In this document: positions 19,995 to 20,000 of the stretch, one piece after another
Layout: each line of letters starts with the position of its first letter
Numbering within the stretch: position 1 is the stretch's first letter
Source: Chiloscyllium plagiosum
Taxonomy: Eukaryota
Length of the DNA: 20,000 nucleotides
NCBI RefSeq assembly: GCF_004010195.1
Contig: NC_057755.1
Span: forward strand, 11,246,936-11,266,935
Reading direction: 5' to 3'
Made by a program: the position numbers and the translations under genes
The notes under the pieces: model-generated
Seen by the model: only the letters and a program-made list of their open reading frames with translations
What the model was told of the DNA's origin: nothing
The model's database searches: none

Positions 19995-20000
19995 ATCTCC

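Overview
Eukaryotic, repeat-dense genomic DNA. The repeats resemble HE1/V-SINE, HER1/CR1 LINEs and Penelope-type palindromes, which points to a cartilaginous fish (shark). All repeat and family names come from my recall of consensus sequences, not from a search. The only host gene I can support is a two-exon GPR139/GPR142-like class A GPCR on the + strand. It has a TATA box at ~11962, coding exon 1 at 12040-12106 (absent from the ORF track), a 3.57 kb phase-1 intron full of repeats, and exon 2 from 15676, which runs into a 500-N gap at 16021. The rest is mostly degraded transposons: many CR1 fragments (one with the ORF1 esterase), tRNA-derived SINEs, a Tx1-like fragment, solo LTRs and simple repeats. 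There are two Gypsy elements with Gmr1-like layout. One (4333-7629, minus) is internally deleted and has divergent LTRs. The other (16521-19418, plus) shows IN-RT-RH order and carries an inverted self-derived insert. Penelope-type foldback elements carry hammerhead-ribozyme core motifs, best seen at 19828-19994. Most ORFs in the track are artefacts of low-complexity sequence or the gap. I see no demonstrably new biological system, but several leads are worth checking.
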